NCBI GenBank assembly: GCA_021794475.1
Contig: JAJYQS010000101.1
Location: 12,408 to 76,407, forward strand
Direction: 5' to 3'
Length of the DNA: 64,000 nt
DNA from: a bacterium
Lineage (GTDB): Bacteria > SZUA-79 > Acidulodesulfobacterales > Acidulodesulfobacteraceae
The notes below the pieces were generated by a model. That model did not search any database, was not told the origin of the DNA, and was given only the letters and a program-made list of their open reading frames with translations. The position numbers were made by a program, and so were the translations under genes. Positions 19,327 to 29,569 of this stretch are shown piece after piece. The stretch's first letter is position 1. Every line of letters starts with the position of its first letter.

Positions 19327-20583
19327 TTATATTTCAATTAGAATAGCCTCGCCAAACTCGGCAGTCTTAAGCTCCGTTGCCTCTTTACCCATTTTTTTAA
19401 ATCCATAAAACATATCGCTTGTACCTTTACGCTGTTCTATAACGCTTTTTACAGCTTTATAAATAAGGTCTGCAGCTTCTTTAAAGCCGATGTATTCAAG
19501 CATCATAGCGCCTGATAAAGTAATAGATAAAGGATTTGCCATACCTTTTCCGGCAATGTCCATGCCGACTCCGTGAGTACTTTCAAAAAGAGCGTAACCG
19601 TCTCCGATATTTCCGCTTGGAACAAAACCAGGTCCTCCTACGAGAGCAGAAGCAAGGTCTGATATATAATCGCCGTTCAAATTCTGGGTAATGATAACAT
19701 CATAAGCATCAGGCTTTAAAACTAACTGCATAAGCATCTGGTCGGTTATGACTTTGGAAAGTTTTATCTGATTGCCGGCAACCGGTCCTGCCGATATTTT
19801 ATCCTTAAATTCATCTTCTTTCGCTACTTCAAAAGCCCAATTCATAAAAGCGCCTTCGGTAGCTTTCATAATATTACCTTTTCCGGCTACCGCAATCGAT
19901 TTTTTATTATTCTCTATGGCATATCTGAAAGCTTTTCTTACATGCCTTTTTGTTTTAAATTCACTCATAGGTTTAACGGTAATACCCGCATCTTCAGGAA
20001 TAGCGTCCGATTTTACGCCCATTTCATTGATAAAAAACTCCCGCACTTTTTTTGCTCCGTCTGATTTCGGCATATATTCTATGGACATATAAACATCGTC
20101 TGAATTTTCCCTGAAAACCGTTACATTTACCCGTCCGGCATCTGGTATAGGCGACGGCTGTCCAAGATAGTAGACCGGTCTTATTGCCGAGTAAAAATCC
20201 ATGGACTGCCTTAGAATCGAATTAAGAGACTTTCCCGGTTTGCCGACAGGAGTGCCGAGAGGTCCTTTTATAGAAACAACGCTCTGTTTTAAAATCTCCA
20301 ACGTTGCTTCGGGCATTCTTTCTAATCCGTTCTTTTCAGCTTTGTCTCCAGCCAGAGCTTCAACCCAATAAATAACTTTTGAGCCGTTATATGCTTTTTT
20401 TACGGCGCTATTTAAAACTTTATGCATTACCGGAACAATTTCAGGACCTATTCCGTCTCCTTCAATATAAGGAATTATAGGGTTATGAGGTATTTCTAAT
20501 GTTTTATCCTCTTTTAGCTTAATAAAACTTCCTTCTTTTGGAATACATACTTTACTATCCCATTTAAACACATTTTCGTTCAT
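19327..20583 (-). CDS. icd: NADP-dependent isocitrate dehydrogenase (homodimeric prokaryotic type)
   Basis: 418 aa with motifs GDGIGPEI, SLNSILRQ, NLNGDYISD. Confidence 0.9.
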   Translation of the reverse strand: MNENVFKWDSKVCIPKEGSFIKLKEDKTLEIPHNPIIPYIEGDGIGPEIVPVMHKVLNSAVKKAYNGSKVIYWVEALAGDKAEKNGLERMPEATLEILKQSVVSIKGPLGTPVGKPGKSLNSILRQSMDFYSAIRPVYYLGQPSPIPDAGRVNVTVFRENSDDVYMSIEYMPKSDGAKKVREFFINEMGVKSDAIPEDAGITVKPMSEFKTKRHVRKAFRYAIENNKKSIAVAGKGNIMKATEGAFMNWAFEVAKEDEFKDKISAGPVAGNQIKLSKVITDQMLMQLVLKPDAYDVIITQNLNGDYISDLASALVGGPGFVPSGNIGDGYALFESTHGVGMDIAGKGMANPLSITLSGAMMLEYIGFKEAADLIYKAVKSVIEQRKGTSDMFYGFKKMGKEATELKTAEFGEAILIEI

Positions 20584-20813
20584 TCCGTGTTCTCCTAATT
20601 TAATAGCATAACAAAAATATATAAATAAATAGATAAAACGAATTTAAGTTATTACAGAGATTATATTTTAATAAAACATTTTTTTAAAAGCAACTAAAAA
20701 ATACAATTTGCCGTTAAAAATTTTAAAATAATCAGATTTGGCTATATATTCATTTGTAAAAATTCATTAGTCGATAGAAATGCTAACATAATATGATTTA
20801 GCAATGTATTTAT

Positions 20814-22058
20814 TTATAAGAATTCATTAAAAGAATTTAAAAAATTTTTAAATAGTTTAGCACCTGAGTCAAAAAATAAACCGGTGTTTTGAGAATTTTT
20901 TTCGGAAAAATTAGACGCATGATATTTAAAATGCGTATCTTTCATCGACGGCGAAAAAGCGCAAAAAGGGACAGGTCCTGCGGTGTGTTTTTTCAATTTT
21001 ACCGGATTATAATGGTCGGGTAAAATCATAATAATAAAATCCTGATATTTTTTAACTCCTTTAAGGACGCCGCCGACTATATATTTATCAAAATCCTGTA
21101 TAGCCTGTATTTTTTTTTCAATGCTGCCTTCATGGGACGCCTCGTCTGGAGCCTCTACATGGATATATACAAAATCGCCTGAATTTAGTGAATTTAAACC
21201 GTATTCGACTTTGCCTTTATAATTTGTGTCAAGATATCCTGTAGCCCCTGGAACATCAATAGAATTTAGTCCTGCGTATTTTCCTATTCCTTTCACAAGG
21301 TCAACCGCGGATATGACGGAACCTTCTATTCCGTACTCTTCCTTCATAGTGGGCATAGTAGGCCTGTGTCCTTGTCCCCATAGCCATATAGAATTTGCAG
21401 GAAGCTTGCCGGAAGCTATTCTTGCTTTATTAACATCGTGATTTTTAAGTATATCCTCTGCTTTTTTCATTATTTCCAGCAAAATACCGCTTGATGAATT
21501 TCCGTGGGGCAGATATTCGTCTATTTGCAAATCCGGTATATCATGAGGAGCTACGGTCTGCAGCCCTTTTATGTCAAGAGAATTTTTTGCAACCATAAGG
21601 TGTCTATAGCTGACGCCGGGATAAAATTGAAAATCAGCGCCGCCTAATTCTTTTTGTAATGTCTCCAATATGCTCTTTGCTTCTTCCGTAGTGATATGTC
21701 CGCCGGAATAATCATGCATAATTCTTTTTCCGTTTTCATCAAGTATATTGACAAGATTAAGTCTGAAAGCGACATCGCTGTCCATAAGCTCAATGCCCAT
21801 GCTCATAGCTTCTAAGGGAGACCTTCCCGTATAATATTTAACCGGGTCATACCCTAAGATACTCATAGAACCGATATCGCTTCCCGGAAGACAGTCGTCG
21901 GGAATTGTCTTGACAAGTCCCGTAATGCCGTTAGAAGCAATATAATCCATGTTGGGTGTTGAGGCGAAATCAAGCGGAGATTTATTATTCAGCTCTGTTA
22001 AAGGAAAATCAGCCATACCGTCAGGACACAGAATAATATATTTTTTTTCTTTTTCCAT
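20814..22058 (-). CDS. cofactor-independent phosphoglycerate mutase, archaeal-type (ApgM family); member of the subgroup proposed to act as homoserine kinase
   Basis: 414 aa alkaline-phosphatase-superfamily start (IILCPDGMADFP...STPNMDYIA, LPGSDIGSMSILGYDP). Immediately downstream of hom-thrC. Confidence 0.75.
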   Translation of the reverse strand: MEKEKKYIILCPDGMADFPLTELNNKSPLDFASTPNMDYIASNGITGLVKTIPDDCLPGSDIGSMSILGYDPVKYYTGRSPLEAMSMGIELMDSDVAFRLNLVNILDENGKRIMHDYSGGHITTEEAKSILETLQKELGGADFQFYPGVSYRHLMVAKNSLDIKGLQTVAPHDIPDLQIDEYLPHGNSSSGILLEIMKKAEDILKNHDVNKARIASGKLPANSIWLWGQGHRPTMPTMKEEYGIEGSVISAVDLVKGIGKYAGLNSIDVPGATGYLDTNYKGKVEYGLNSLNSGDFVYIHVEAPDEASHEGSIEKKIQAIQDFDKYIVGGVLKGVKKYQDFIIMILPDHYNPVKLKKHTAGPVPFCAFSPSMKDTHFKYHASNFSEKNSQNTGLFFDSGAKLFKNFLNSFNEFL

Positions 22059-22151
22059 ATTTTCAATCTCTCCATATTTATTTACTTTATGTTATTTATT
22101 ATCTATTTATTATTATTTATTTATTTTATGTATTATATTTATTATCTATTG

Positions 22152-23219
22152 CTAAATAAGCTCCATTGTCTTCAAGACTGATTTTTTATCACATGGAACA
22201 ACTATCGGCTCGCTTGAAACTTTTATTGCATTTTGCGGGTCTTTGAGTCCGTGTCCTGTTAAAGTCAAAACACAGACATCGCCTTTTTTGAAAAATCCGC
22301 GTTTATTTAACTGAATTAAACCGGCTAACGTTATAGCCGAAGCGGGTTCGCAAAATATTCCTTCTGTTCTTGCAAGCAGAGCATAAGCGGAAAGCAAATC
22401 TTCATCCGTCACCGCTTCAATTAGCCCTCCAGATTCTTCTTTTGCCTTAACCGCTTTTTGCCAGCTTGCGGGGTTTCCTATTCTTATAGCGGTGGCAATA
22501 GTATGCGGTTCTTTAACTATATGATTGAGTACTATGGGCGCAGCTCCTGCAGCTTGAAAGCCGAGCATTTTAGGCAAGTTTTGAATTTTTCCGGCTTGCT
22601 TATATTCTTTATAACCATTCCAGTATGCAGTAATATTGCCTGCATTACCTACCGGAAGTATATGATAGTCGGGAGCTTTCCCAAGTTCGTCCGCTATTTC
22701 AAAGCTGGCTGTTTTCTGTCCTTCTATGCGATAGGGATTAACCGAATTTACCAAAGTCACTTCAAATTCTTCCGATATTTCTTTGGCTATAATAAGCGCA
22801 TCGTCAAAATTTCCCTGAATTTGCATGACAACCGAACCATGCATGAGTGCCTGAGAAAGTTTACCCATCGCAATTTTACCTTCAGGAATAAGCACGAATG
22901 ATTTTATACCGGCTCTGGCGGCATAAGCGGCGGCGGCGGCAGAAGTATTGCCGGTAGAAGCGCATATTATCGCTTTTGAACCGTCCGCTACGGCTTTTGA
23001 TACAGCCATAGTCATTCCTCTATCCTTAAAAGAACCGGTCGGGTTTAACCCTTCATATTTGAAATAAATTTCAATATCAGGGTTTATAATTTTATAAACA
23101 TTTCTTGATTTAATGAGAGGTGTATTTCCCTCATTAATGCTTATAATAAACTCGTCGTCTATCTCCGGTAAAAATTCACGATATTTTTTTATAATACCTT
23201 CGTATTTCCGCGGCTGCAA
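22152..23219 (-). CDS. thrC: threonine synthase
   Basis: PLP lysine motif NPTGSFKDRG and a GNTSAAAAAYAA segment, 355 aa. Confidence 0.9.
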   Translation of the reverse strand: MQPRKYEGIIKKYREFLPEIDDEFIISINEGNTPLIKSRNVYKIINPDIEIYFKYEGLNPTGSFKDRGMTMAVSKAVADGSKAIICASTGNTSAAAAAYAARAGIKSFVLIPEGKIAMGKLSQALMHGSVVMQIQGNFDDALIIAKEISEEFEVTLVNSVNPYRIEGQKTASFEIADELGKAPDYHILPVGNAGNITAYWNGYKEYKQAGKIQNLPKMLGFQAAGAAPIVLNHIVKEPHTIATAIRIGNPASWQKAVKAKEESGGLIEAVTDEDLLSAYALLARTEGIFCEPASAITLAGLIQLNKRGFFKKGDVCVLTLTGHGLKDPQNAIKVSSEPIVVPCDKKSVLKTMELI

Positions 23220-23270
23220 AATTAACCCCCCATAATATGATTCACAATATTAATTAAATAAGATGTTATT

Positions 23271-24614
23271 TTAGTTTACGTTATCTTCAATTCTCAAAAT
23301 CATAGTTTTCGCAAGAATAATATCTAATTTGTCGCATAATTCTATACTTTTTAATAATTCTTCTTCATTTGCTTCGTGAGTGGTTATAACTATAGGAACA
23401 GAACCGTCTATCTTCCTGCCCTGCTGAATCATCGAACTTATGCTGATTGAATTGTCTCCGAGAATCTTAGAAATTTTAGCAAGGACGCCCGGTCTGTCCA
23501 TTGCTGAAAATCTTAAATAGTATCGCGATATTATGTCCTTTTTCCTTTTTATCTGAACTTTATTTGAACTTTCATTAAGAAAAATATCATGATGTTTTTC
23601 ACTGTTTATAATTTTTCCGCCTATTTCAATAAAATCTCCCATAACCGCGCTTGCAGTTGCCATACCGCCTGCGCCGTAACCGGTCAGGCTTATGGGGCCT
23701 GCAAATTTTGCGTTCAGAAAAAATGCGTTAAATACCCCATCCACGTTTGATAATAAACTGGCTGAAGGAATAAGGGTCGGATGCACTCTTATCTCTATTT
23801 TTGAATCATCATTTTTAAGAATACCTAAAAGTTTAATTTTATATCCAAGGTCACGCGCAAAACAAATATCTATATCGCTGACCTCTTTAATTCCTTCTAT
23901 TATAACGTCTTTTAACGATATGCTCGCAGCAAATGCAAGCCTGCCTAATATAACTAATTTATGGGCGCTGTCGATTCCGTTTATGTCGAAAGAAGGGTCT
24001 GCTTCGGCATAGCCTTTTTCCTGAGCTTTTTTTAGTATATCGTCAAACTTTCCGCCTTCATTCGTCATCTTTGATAAAATATAGTTTGACGTTCCGTTTA
24101 TTATAGAAAACACGGACGTTATTGAATCTCCGGCAAGACCATTTTTTATTGACCTTAAAATAGGAATGCCGCCACCGACTGCAGCCTCAAACCCGATATG
24201 CGCATTATGTTTTTTGCATAATTTAAATATCCCTTCCCCATGCTCCGCTAAAAGGGCTTTATTTGCAGTTATAACGCTTTTACCGTTTTTTATGGCTTTT
24301 TCGATATACTCTTTAGCAGGGTCAATTCCACCCATAAGTTCAACTATTACATTTATACTTTTATCGTTTAAAATATCATCTGCATTATTGACCATTAAAT
24401 TGCCGATGTTATCAATTGACGGATTTCTATTTCCCCGTGTAAATATCTTTTTTATCGTCACATCGGCGGAAAGCATTGCTTCTATTTCTTTTTTACGGAT
24501 ATCTAATATCCTGTAAAAACTCCCGCCCACGGTTCCGAAGCCGAAAAGTCCTATATTAATCTTATTGCCGACACCTTTACTGATATCTTTATTTTCCATA
24601 TTTTTAAGTTCCAT
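23271..24614 (-). CDS. hom: homoserine dehydrogenase with C-terminal ACT domain
   Basis: GLFGFGTVGG Rossmann start, catalytic region, C-terminal ACT (DRPGVLAKISKILGDNSISI). Confidence 0.9.
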   Translation of the reverse strand: MELKNMENKDISKGVGNKINIGLFGFGTVGGSFYRILDIRKKEIEAMLSADVTIKKIFTRGNRNPSIDNIGNLMVNNADDILNDKSINVIVELMGGIDPAKEYIEKAIKNGKSVITANKALLAEHGEGIFKLCKKHNAHIGFEAAVGGGIPILRSIKNGLAGDSITSVFSIINGTSNYILSKMTNEGGKFDDILKKAQEKGYAEADPSFDINGIDSAHKLVILGRLAFAASISLKDVIIEGIKEVSDIDICFARDLGYKIKLLGILKNDDSKIEIRVHPTLIPSASLLSNVDGVFNAFFLNAKFAGPISLTGYGAGGMATASAVMGDFIEIGGKIINSEKHHDIFLNESSNKVQIKRKKDIISRYYLRFSAMDRPGVLAKISKILGDNSISISSMIQQGRKIDGSVPIVITTHEANEEELLKSIELCDKLDIILAKTMILRIEDNVN

Positions 24615-24792
24615 AATTACCTTGGCAATTACGTTAATAAAATAATTACCTTTAGTTAATTTTTTATTTATTGTTTTATTTATTTATTTGTTTATTTTAG
24701 TTTTATTTATTATTCTAGATTTTGCATTCTTGTCTATGTACTCTTCATGTACCTTTATAGTGAATTTATCTATAATAAATATCCTCTCAAAA

Positions 24793-26001
24793 TCACGCAT
24801 GATGCAAATCGGACTGGCTGTTCAAAAAATGTTTAACCCCTTTAGCCGCCTGTCTTATACGCATTTCGTTTTCCACAAGGGCAAACCTGACATACTGGTC
24901 GCCGTATTCGCCAAACCCTATTCCAGGGGATACCGCCACCTTTCCTTTTTCTAAAAGCATTTTGGAAAATTCCAGAGAACCTATGCCTGCACTCAAATAA
25001 TGTTCCGGTATTTTAGCCCAGACAAACATTGTAGCCTTAGGTTTTTCAATATGCCATCCTGCATTATTGAAACTTTCAATTAAAACATCTCTCCTTTTCT
25101 TATAATGTTCAACCATCTTGCTTATTGCATCGTGCTTATATTCTTCATTTAAAGCAATAATGGAAGCTATTTGGATAGGCTGAAACATACCGTAGTCAAG
25201 ATAGCTTTTTATTCTTGACAGCGCATTTATCAATGTCTGATTGCCTAGCGCGTAGCCGACTCTGAATCCTGCCATGCTGTAGCTTTTAGACATGGTAAAA
25301 AATTCGACTCCCACGTCCTTAGCCCCTTTCGCTTGTAAAAAACTGGGGGATTTGTATCCGTCAAAAGTAAGGTCTGCGTATGCATGGTCATGAATAATAT
25401 AAATACCGTTTTCCTTTGCAAAATCCACCAATTTTTCAAAAAAATCTATATCTACCGTTATGGTCGTCGGATTATGCGGAAAACTTAATATAATCATCTT
25501 AGGTTTAGGCCATGTTTGTTTTAAAGCAGTCATAAGATTTTCAAAAAAATCTTCCCCGGGCACTAACGGAATACTCCTGACATCGCCGCCTGCAATAATA
25601 ACGGAATAGGCATGTATCGGATAAGACGGATTCGGGACAAACGCAACATCCCCTTTGTTAATGGTAGCCAGCATTAAATGGCTCAGGCCTTCTTTAATAC
25701 CCATTGTAACTATCGCTTCGCTGTCAGGGTCTAAATCTACATCATAATTTCTTTTATACATATTGCATATGGCAACCCGCAGTTTGTATATACCCTTAGA
25801 AACAGAATACCTGTGATTTTTCGAATTTCGGGATGCTTCAACTAATTTTTCTATAATATAGTCCGGAGTCGGGGAATCGGGGTTTCCCATACCGAGGTCT
25901 ATTATGTCTTCTCCTTTCTTTCTCGCTTCAGCCTTAATCTTATTAACCTCCGCAAAAACATAAGGCGGAAGTCTTTTAATTGTTTCAAAATCTTCGGTCA
26001 T
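24793..26001 (-). CDS. class I/II PLP-dependent aminotransferase (aspartate/alanine aminotransferase family)
   Basis: 402 aa with NPDSPTP, NPSYP, FPHNPTT, and [13 protein letters not shown] carrying the PLP lysine. Confidence 0.85.
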   Translation of the reverse strand: MTEDFETIKRLPPYVFAEVNKIKAEARKKGEDIIDLGMGNPDSPTPDYIIEKLVEASRNSKNHRYSVSKGIYKLRVAICNMYKRNYDVDLDPDSEAIVTMGIKEGLSHLMLATINKGDVAFVPNPSYPIHAYSVIIAGGDVRSIPLVPGEDFFENLMTALKQTWPKPKMIILSFPHNPTTITVDIDFFEKLVDFAKENGIYIIHDHAYADLTFDGYKSPSFLQAKGAKDVGVEFFTMSKSYSMAGFRVGYALGNQTLINALSRIKSYLDYGMFQPIQIASIIALNEEYKHDAISKMVEHYKKRRDVLIESFNNAGWHIEKPKATMFVWAKIPEHYLSAGIGSLEFSKMLLEKGKVAVSPGIGFGEYGDQYVRFALVENEMRIRQAAKGVKHFLNSQSDLHHA

Positions 26002-26174
26002 AATTTATATCACCCGGTTTAATTTATTATTGTTTTTAAGTTTGATACGTTTTTAAGTTTAATACGTTTAATATTCATTAATTATTGAAATTTAATGTCG
26101 TTGCGGTTTTAAAGTTTAATGTTAATTTAATGTCCCTTAAATCTTAAAGCTGTCGTTATTTTTAATTTTAGTAA

Positions 26175-27050
26175 TTATTGAAGCTTAACACTGTTGTTGT
26201 AAAATTTTTCAGCTCCGAAAGAACTTCTCACTAATGGGGCAGAAAAGACATTTTTTATCCCTTTGTTTTTTGCATACTCTCTATATTCAATAAACATTTT
26301 AAGTGGAACATATTCCTTAACCTCGATATTTTTCACTGAAGGTCTCATATACTGTCCGATAGTCATAAAGTCTACATTTACCGACGCTATATCGTCAATT
26401 GTCTTAAAAACATCATCTTTGCTTTCTCCGAGACCAACCATTATACCGGATTTTGTCTGTATATGCGGACGTTCTTTTTTAACAAAATCAAGTATACCCA
26501 AAGAACGTGCATAAGAGCTTTGCGGTCTTACGGTATCGTAAAGTTTTTCAACAGTTTCAATGTTATGTCCGAAGATATCTACGCCTGAGTCAAAAACAAC
26601 GTTAATTGAATTTTTATTTCCCATAAAATCAGAAGTTAAAACTTCGACAATTTTACAATTAGTTCCGGATTTTATAGCTTTAACTGCCGCAGCAATTATC
26701 GATGCCCCGCCGTCATATATATCGTCCCGTGCAACCATTGTTATAACTGCGTGATTCAATTTTAAAGCCTTAACTGCATATGCTATATTTTCCGGTTCAG
26801 ACATGTCAACATAAGATTTTTCATCATATCCAATGTTACAGAAAGGACACTGCCTTGTGCATTTATCGCCGAGCATAAGAAATGTGGCAGTTTTATTAGA
26901 AAAACAAAGATTTAAATTAGGACACCTTGAAGACGAGCATACTGTATTCAAACCTTTTTCTTTGATTATTTTAGAGGTAGAATAAATATCTTTTCTTGAT
27001 TTTATTTTTAATATCTCATTTCTTATATGAGAAGGAATTCTCTGATTCAT
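26175..27050 (-). CDS. lipA: lipoyl synthase
   Basis: Auxiliary cluster CSSSRCPNLNLC and radical-SAM CTRQCPFC motifs. Start placed at MNQRIPSH (ATG at 27050). The upstream 34 codons of the track ORF are Ile/Tyr/Phe-rich AT-rich read-through. Confidence 0.85.
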   Translation of the reverse strand: MNQRIPSHIRNEILKIKSRKDIYSTSKIIKEKGLNTVCSSSRCPNLNLCFSNKTATFLMLGDKCTRQCPFCNIGYDEKSYVDMSEPENIAYAVKALKLNHAVITMVARDDIYDGGASIIAAAVKAIKSGTNCKIVEVLTSDFMGNKNSINVVFDSGVDIFGHNIETVEKLYDTVRPQSSYARSLGILDFVKKERPHIQTKSGIMVGLGESKDDVFKTIDDIASVNVDFMTIGQYMRPSVKNIEVKEYVPLKMFIEYREYAKNKGIKNVFSAPLVRSSFGAEKFYNNSVKLQ

Positions 27051-27220
27051 GAAAAGATTATAAATTTTAATGTAACATAATGTGATATAAATATATAAAA
27101 ATATAAACTTAAGCTTCAATTGTATAACATTATAACAAAAAAATAAAATCAAATTTTTGTTATCCTAAAATTTTATCTTAAGCATCCTTTTCTAGTGTAT
27201 TTTTATATAAACTTGATTCA

Positions 27221-27242
27221 TATTATGATATATATCATAATA
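27221..27242. promoter_or_regulatory. 22-bp perfect palindrome TATTATGATATATATCATAATA in the lipA/tadA divergent spacer
   Basis: Read directly; perfectly self-complementary. Confidence 0.4.
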
Positions 27243-27337
27243 TATCGATTAATTTCAATACTTTTTATTAATCAGGTTAATTAGTATTAATTGAGAACAG
27301 ATGTCTATTTTTTATAAACTAAAACAATAAAATAAAA

Positions 27338-27823
27338 ATGACTGAAAACGAAATATACAAACTTGATGAATACTTTATGAAAGCCGCAATAGAAGAAGCA
27401 GCCAACTCATACCAAATGGGGGAAGTTCCTGTCGGAGCCGTCATAGTAAAAAACAATAAAATAATTTCAGCTTCTTCAAACAGCGTAGAAAAGGATTTAT
27501 CGTCTGTTATGCATGCCGAAATCAAAGCAATTATGTCAGCGCAAAAAGTATTAAATTCATGGAGGCTAAGCGGCTGTACTCTATATGTAACATTAGAACC
27601 TTGTTTAATGTGCTGCGGAGCAATAATATTGTCCAGAATGGATAAAGTAATTTATGCTGCCGACGACCCTAAAGCCGGAGCAGTCAATTCTTTATATAAC
27701 ACTTTGTCCGACAAAAGATTAAACCATAATACGGAAATTCTTAGCGGTATTTTGAAGGAAGAATCATCTGCTTTATTAAAAAAATTTTTCCAGGCAAAAA
27801 GAAATAAGGGAAACCGCGATTAG
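27338..27823 (+). CDS. tadA: tRNA adenosine(34) deaminase
   Basis: Deaminase zinc motifs HAE and PCLMCCGA, 161 aa. Confidence 0.9.
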   Translation: MTENEIYKLDEYFMKAAIEEAANSYQMGEVPVGAVIVKNNKIISASSNSVEKDLSSVMHAEIKAIMSAQKVLNSWRLSGCTLYVTLEPCLMCCGAIILSRMDKVIYAADDPKAGAVNSLYNTLSDKRLNHNTEILSGILKEESSALLKKFFQAKRNKGNRD

Positions 27824-27829
27824 GAAAAT

Positions 27830-27842
27830 GGTGTCTGTCCCC
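27830..27842 (-). repeat. dispersed 13-mer, exact copy in reverse orientation (plus strand GGTGTCTGTCCCC)
   Basis: Read directly, 7 nt after the tadA stop, between convergent genes. Confidence 0.85.
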
Positions 27843-27869
27843 AATTTTGTCCATATTCCTAATTTTCTG

Positions 27870-29123
27870 CTATGCGCCTGTTTCTGCCATTTTACTTTCA
27901 TTTTTTGCATATCTGCTATAAGTATAAACTCCGCCTGTCAGGAGTATATTCGTAATTATAATGACCAAAAAAGCATATTCTGGAAAATCCTGAGTTCCGG
28001 CAACTCCGGCATTTAGAGGCATATAAGCCATTATTGCCGTTGCAAGTGCGCGCCCTATCATTGACCATAAAAAGTATTTTTCTCTTTTCGGAAGCGCATC
28101 CTCTTTCTTCTTTTTTAAATTTTCTAAGTAAAATGTTAAAGAAGCGCTTATATACCTTCCTGCTACTATCATTATTATAATAATAAAAAGTCTGTCGGCA
28201 AATTCCCAGCCTATGTGTGATAATTCTACTACAACACCTAAAAATACGAAAAAAAGCGTCCTTATTAAAAACGAGAACTCATAGTTAAACTGTTTTATGG
28301 AAGAATCTTTTAAACTCATTTTGAAAAAATTAACTTTCAACCTGGTCAGCAGTTCTTCATTCCCCATTACTATTCCGAAAACTAATATAGCTATTGCTCC
28401 GTTGCCTTTAACAAAATGGATTATCAGATACAGTATCAGCATGCCTCCGAATGTAATGGAATAGGCATATTTTGTTTTTGAAATATATTTTAATAAAACG
28501 AACCATATAATTCCAAATGCAATTGCTATAACTGATGAAATTCCGAAAGAATAAAGAAGACTCCCCGCCGTGGATAAATAGTTAACGGCTGCCGATGAAT
28601 TTTTTGCGAAATTTATTAAAACTATTAAGATTATTATTGCGAATGCGTCATTAAACGTAGATTCAATTGCTATCACCGTTTTATTTTTAGCGCTTGCGTT
28701 TATATTAGACAGAAGGGGCATTATAACGGTAGAGCTGGAGCATGAGACAATAGTGCCTAACATCAACGACTGCATCACATCTCCGCCTCCCATAATATAA
28801 AAAAAACTGCCTACAAGCACTATTGAAAGAAAAAGACCGATTAGAATCAGAATCATTGAATATATGGAACTTTTGAAAACAGTTATAAAATTGAGTTCGA
28901 GTCCGCCGGAAAACATTATGAGAATAAGAACCAAAGTGCTTAAATACGGTGCAAAATCTATAAAAAGCTGCTGATTGAAAATATGGTAAATAGGACCTAA
29001 AATAAGACCTGCCAGCATTAAAAATAAAATGGACGGAATTTTGGTAAAGGAGAAAAACATCTCTCCAACAAAACCGAGAAGAATAACTATTCCGATAATC
29101 CCTATAGCTATTGACGGGCTCAT
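27870..29123 (-). CDS. monovalent cation:proton antiporter (CPA1/CPA2 superfamily, Na+/H+ exchanger-like)
   Basis: 417 aa, about 11-12 predicted TM helices, sodium/hydrogen-exchanger-like layout. Family assigned by eye only. Confidence 0.7.
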   Translation of the reverse strand: MSPSIAIGIIGIVILLGFVGEMFFSFTKIPSILFLMLAGLILGPIYHIFNQQLFIDFAPYLSTLVLILIMFSGGLELNFITVFKSSIYSMILILIGLFLSIVLVGSFFYIMGGGDVMQSLMLGTIVSCSSSTVIMPLLSNINASAKNKTVIAIESTFNDAFAIIILIVLINFAKNSSAAVNYLSTAGSLLYSFGISSVIAIAFGIIWFVLLKYISKTKYAYSITFGGMLILYLIIHFVKGNGAIAILVFGIVMGNEELLTRLKVNFFKMSLKDSSIKQFNYEFSFLIRTLFFVFLGVVVELSHIGWEFADRLFIIIIMIVAGRYISASLTFYLENLKKKKEDALPKREKYFLWSMIGRALATAIMAYMPLNAGVAGTQDFPEYAFLVIIITNILLTGGVYTYSRYAKNESKMAETGA

Positions 29124-29249
29124 AGTGAAATTAACATCATTATTTTATTATATTATATGAATTATAATAGTATATGTTTGAATAAATATCAATACCAACT
29201 TATTATTTTATTGCTATTTTATTGCTATAAAAATTTATAAAATTTTTGC

Positions 29250-29278
29250 TTGACATAAATTTTTAATAATAGGATAAT
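29250..29278 (+). promoter_or_regulatory. near-consensus sigma70-type promoter TTGACA-17 nt-GATAAT
   Basis: TTGACA at 29250-29255, 17-nt spacer, GATAAT at 29273-29278, inside the 1.1-kb non-coding gap. Confidence 0.45.
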
Positions 29279-29473
29279 TTAAAAAAATAAAGATATAGCA
29301 TATATTAATGTATGTTAATATAGATAGCATTTTTTTATGCAGCGCATATAGCGCATATTTTTTATATTATAAATTATTATTAATAGTTATTAAGCATAAT
29401 TAACTTAATTTAACTTAGGATAATCGCATATAATATAAAAACTAATTTAATTATTTGTTATTACGGAGGCTTT

Positions 29474-29569
29474 ATGCAAAGTGAACCTGGTGGCAGTAGC
29501 AGCGGTCATTGCTTTAAAATAATTATTAAAATTAAAACTAAGGCAGCGCATATCAGCAAATACAAATAA
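29474..29569 (+). CDS. candidate small ORF, 31 aa (MQSEPGGSSSGHCFKIIIKIKTKAAHISKYK)
   Basis: GGAGG at 29465-29469, 4 nt before the ATG. About 190 nt downstream of the candidate promoter. No homology known to me. Confidence 0.2.
   Translation: MQSEPGGSSSGHCFKIIIKIKTKAAHISKYK

Noticed and set aside
2044-25439. Many 60-150-aa ORFs antisense to or out of frame with annotated genes (e.g. 2129-2437, 3379-3714, 6279-6569, 13864-14169, 16879-17262, 22458-22901, 24166-24516)
   Set aside because: Each is fully nested in a long ORF with clear family motifs on the other strand or frame. Their sequences are low-complexity shadows with no motifs, so I treat them as non-coding.
27051-27152. 34-codon N-terminal extension of lipA in the ORF track
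   Set aside because: The extension (MILFFCYNVIQLKLKFIFLYIYITLCYIKIYNLF) is AT-rich read-through. LipA homology begins at the internal Met (MNQRIPSH), at 27050.
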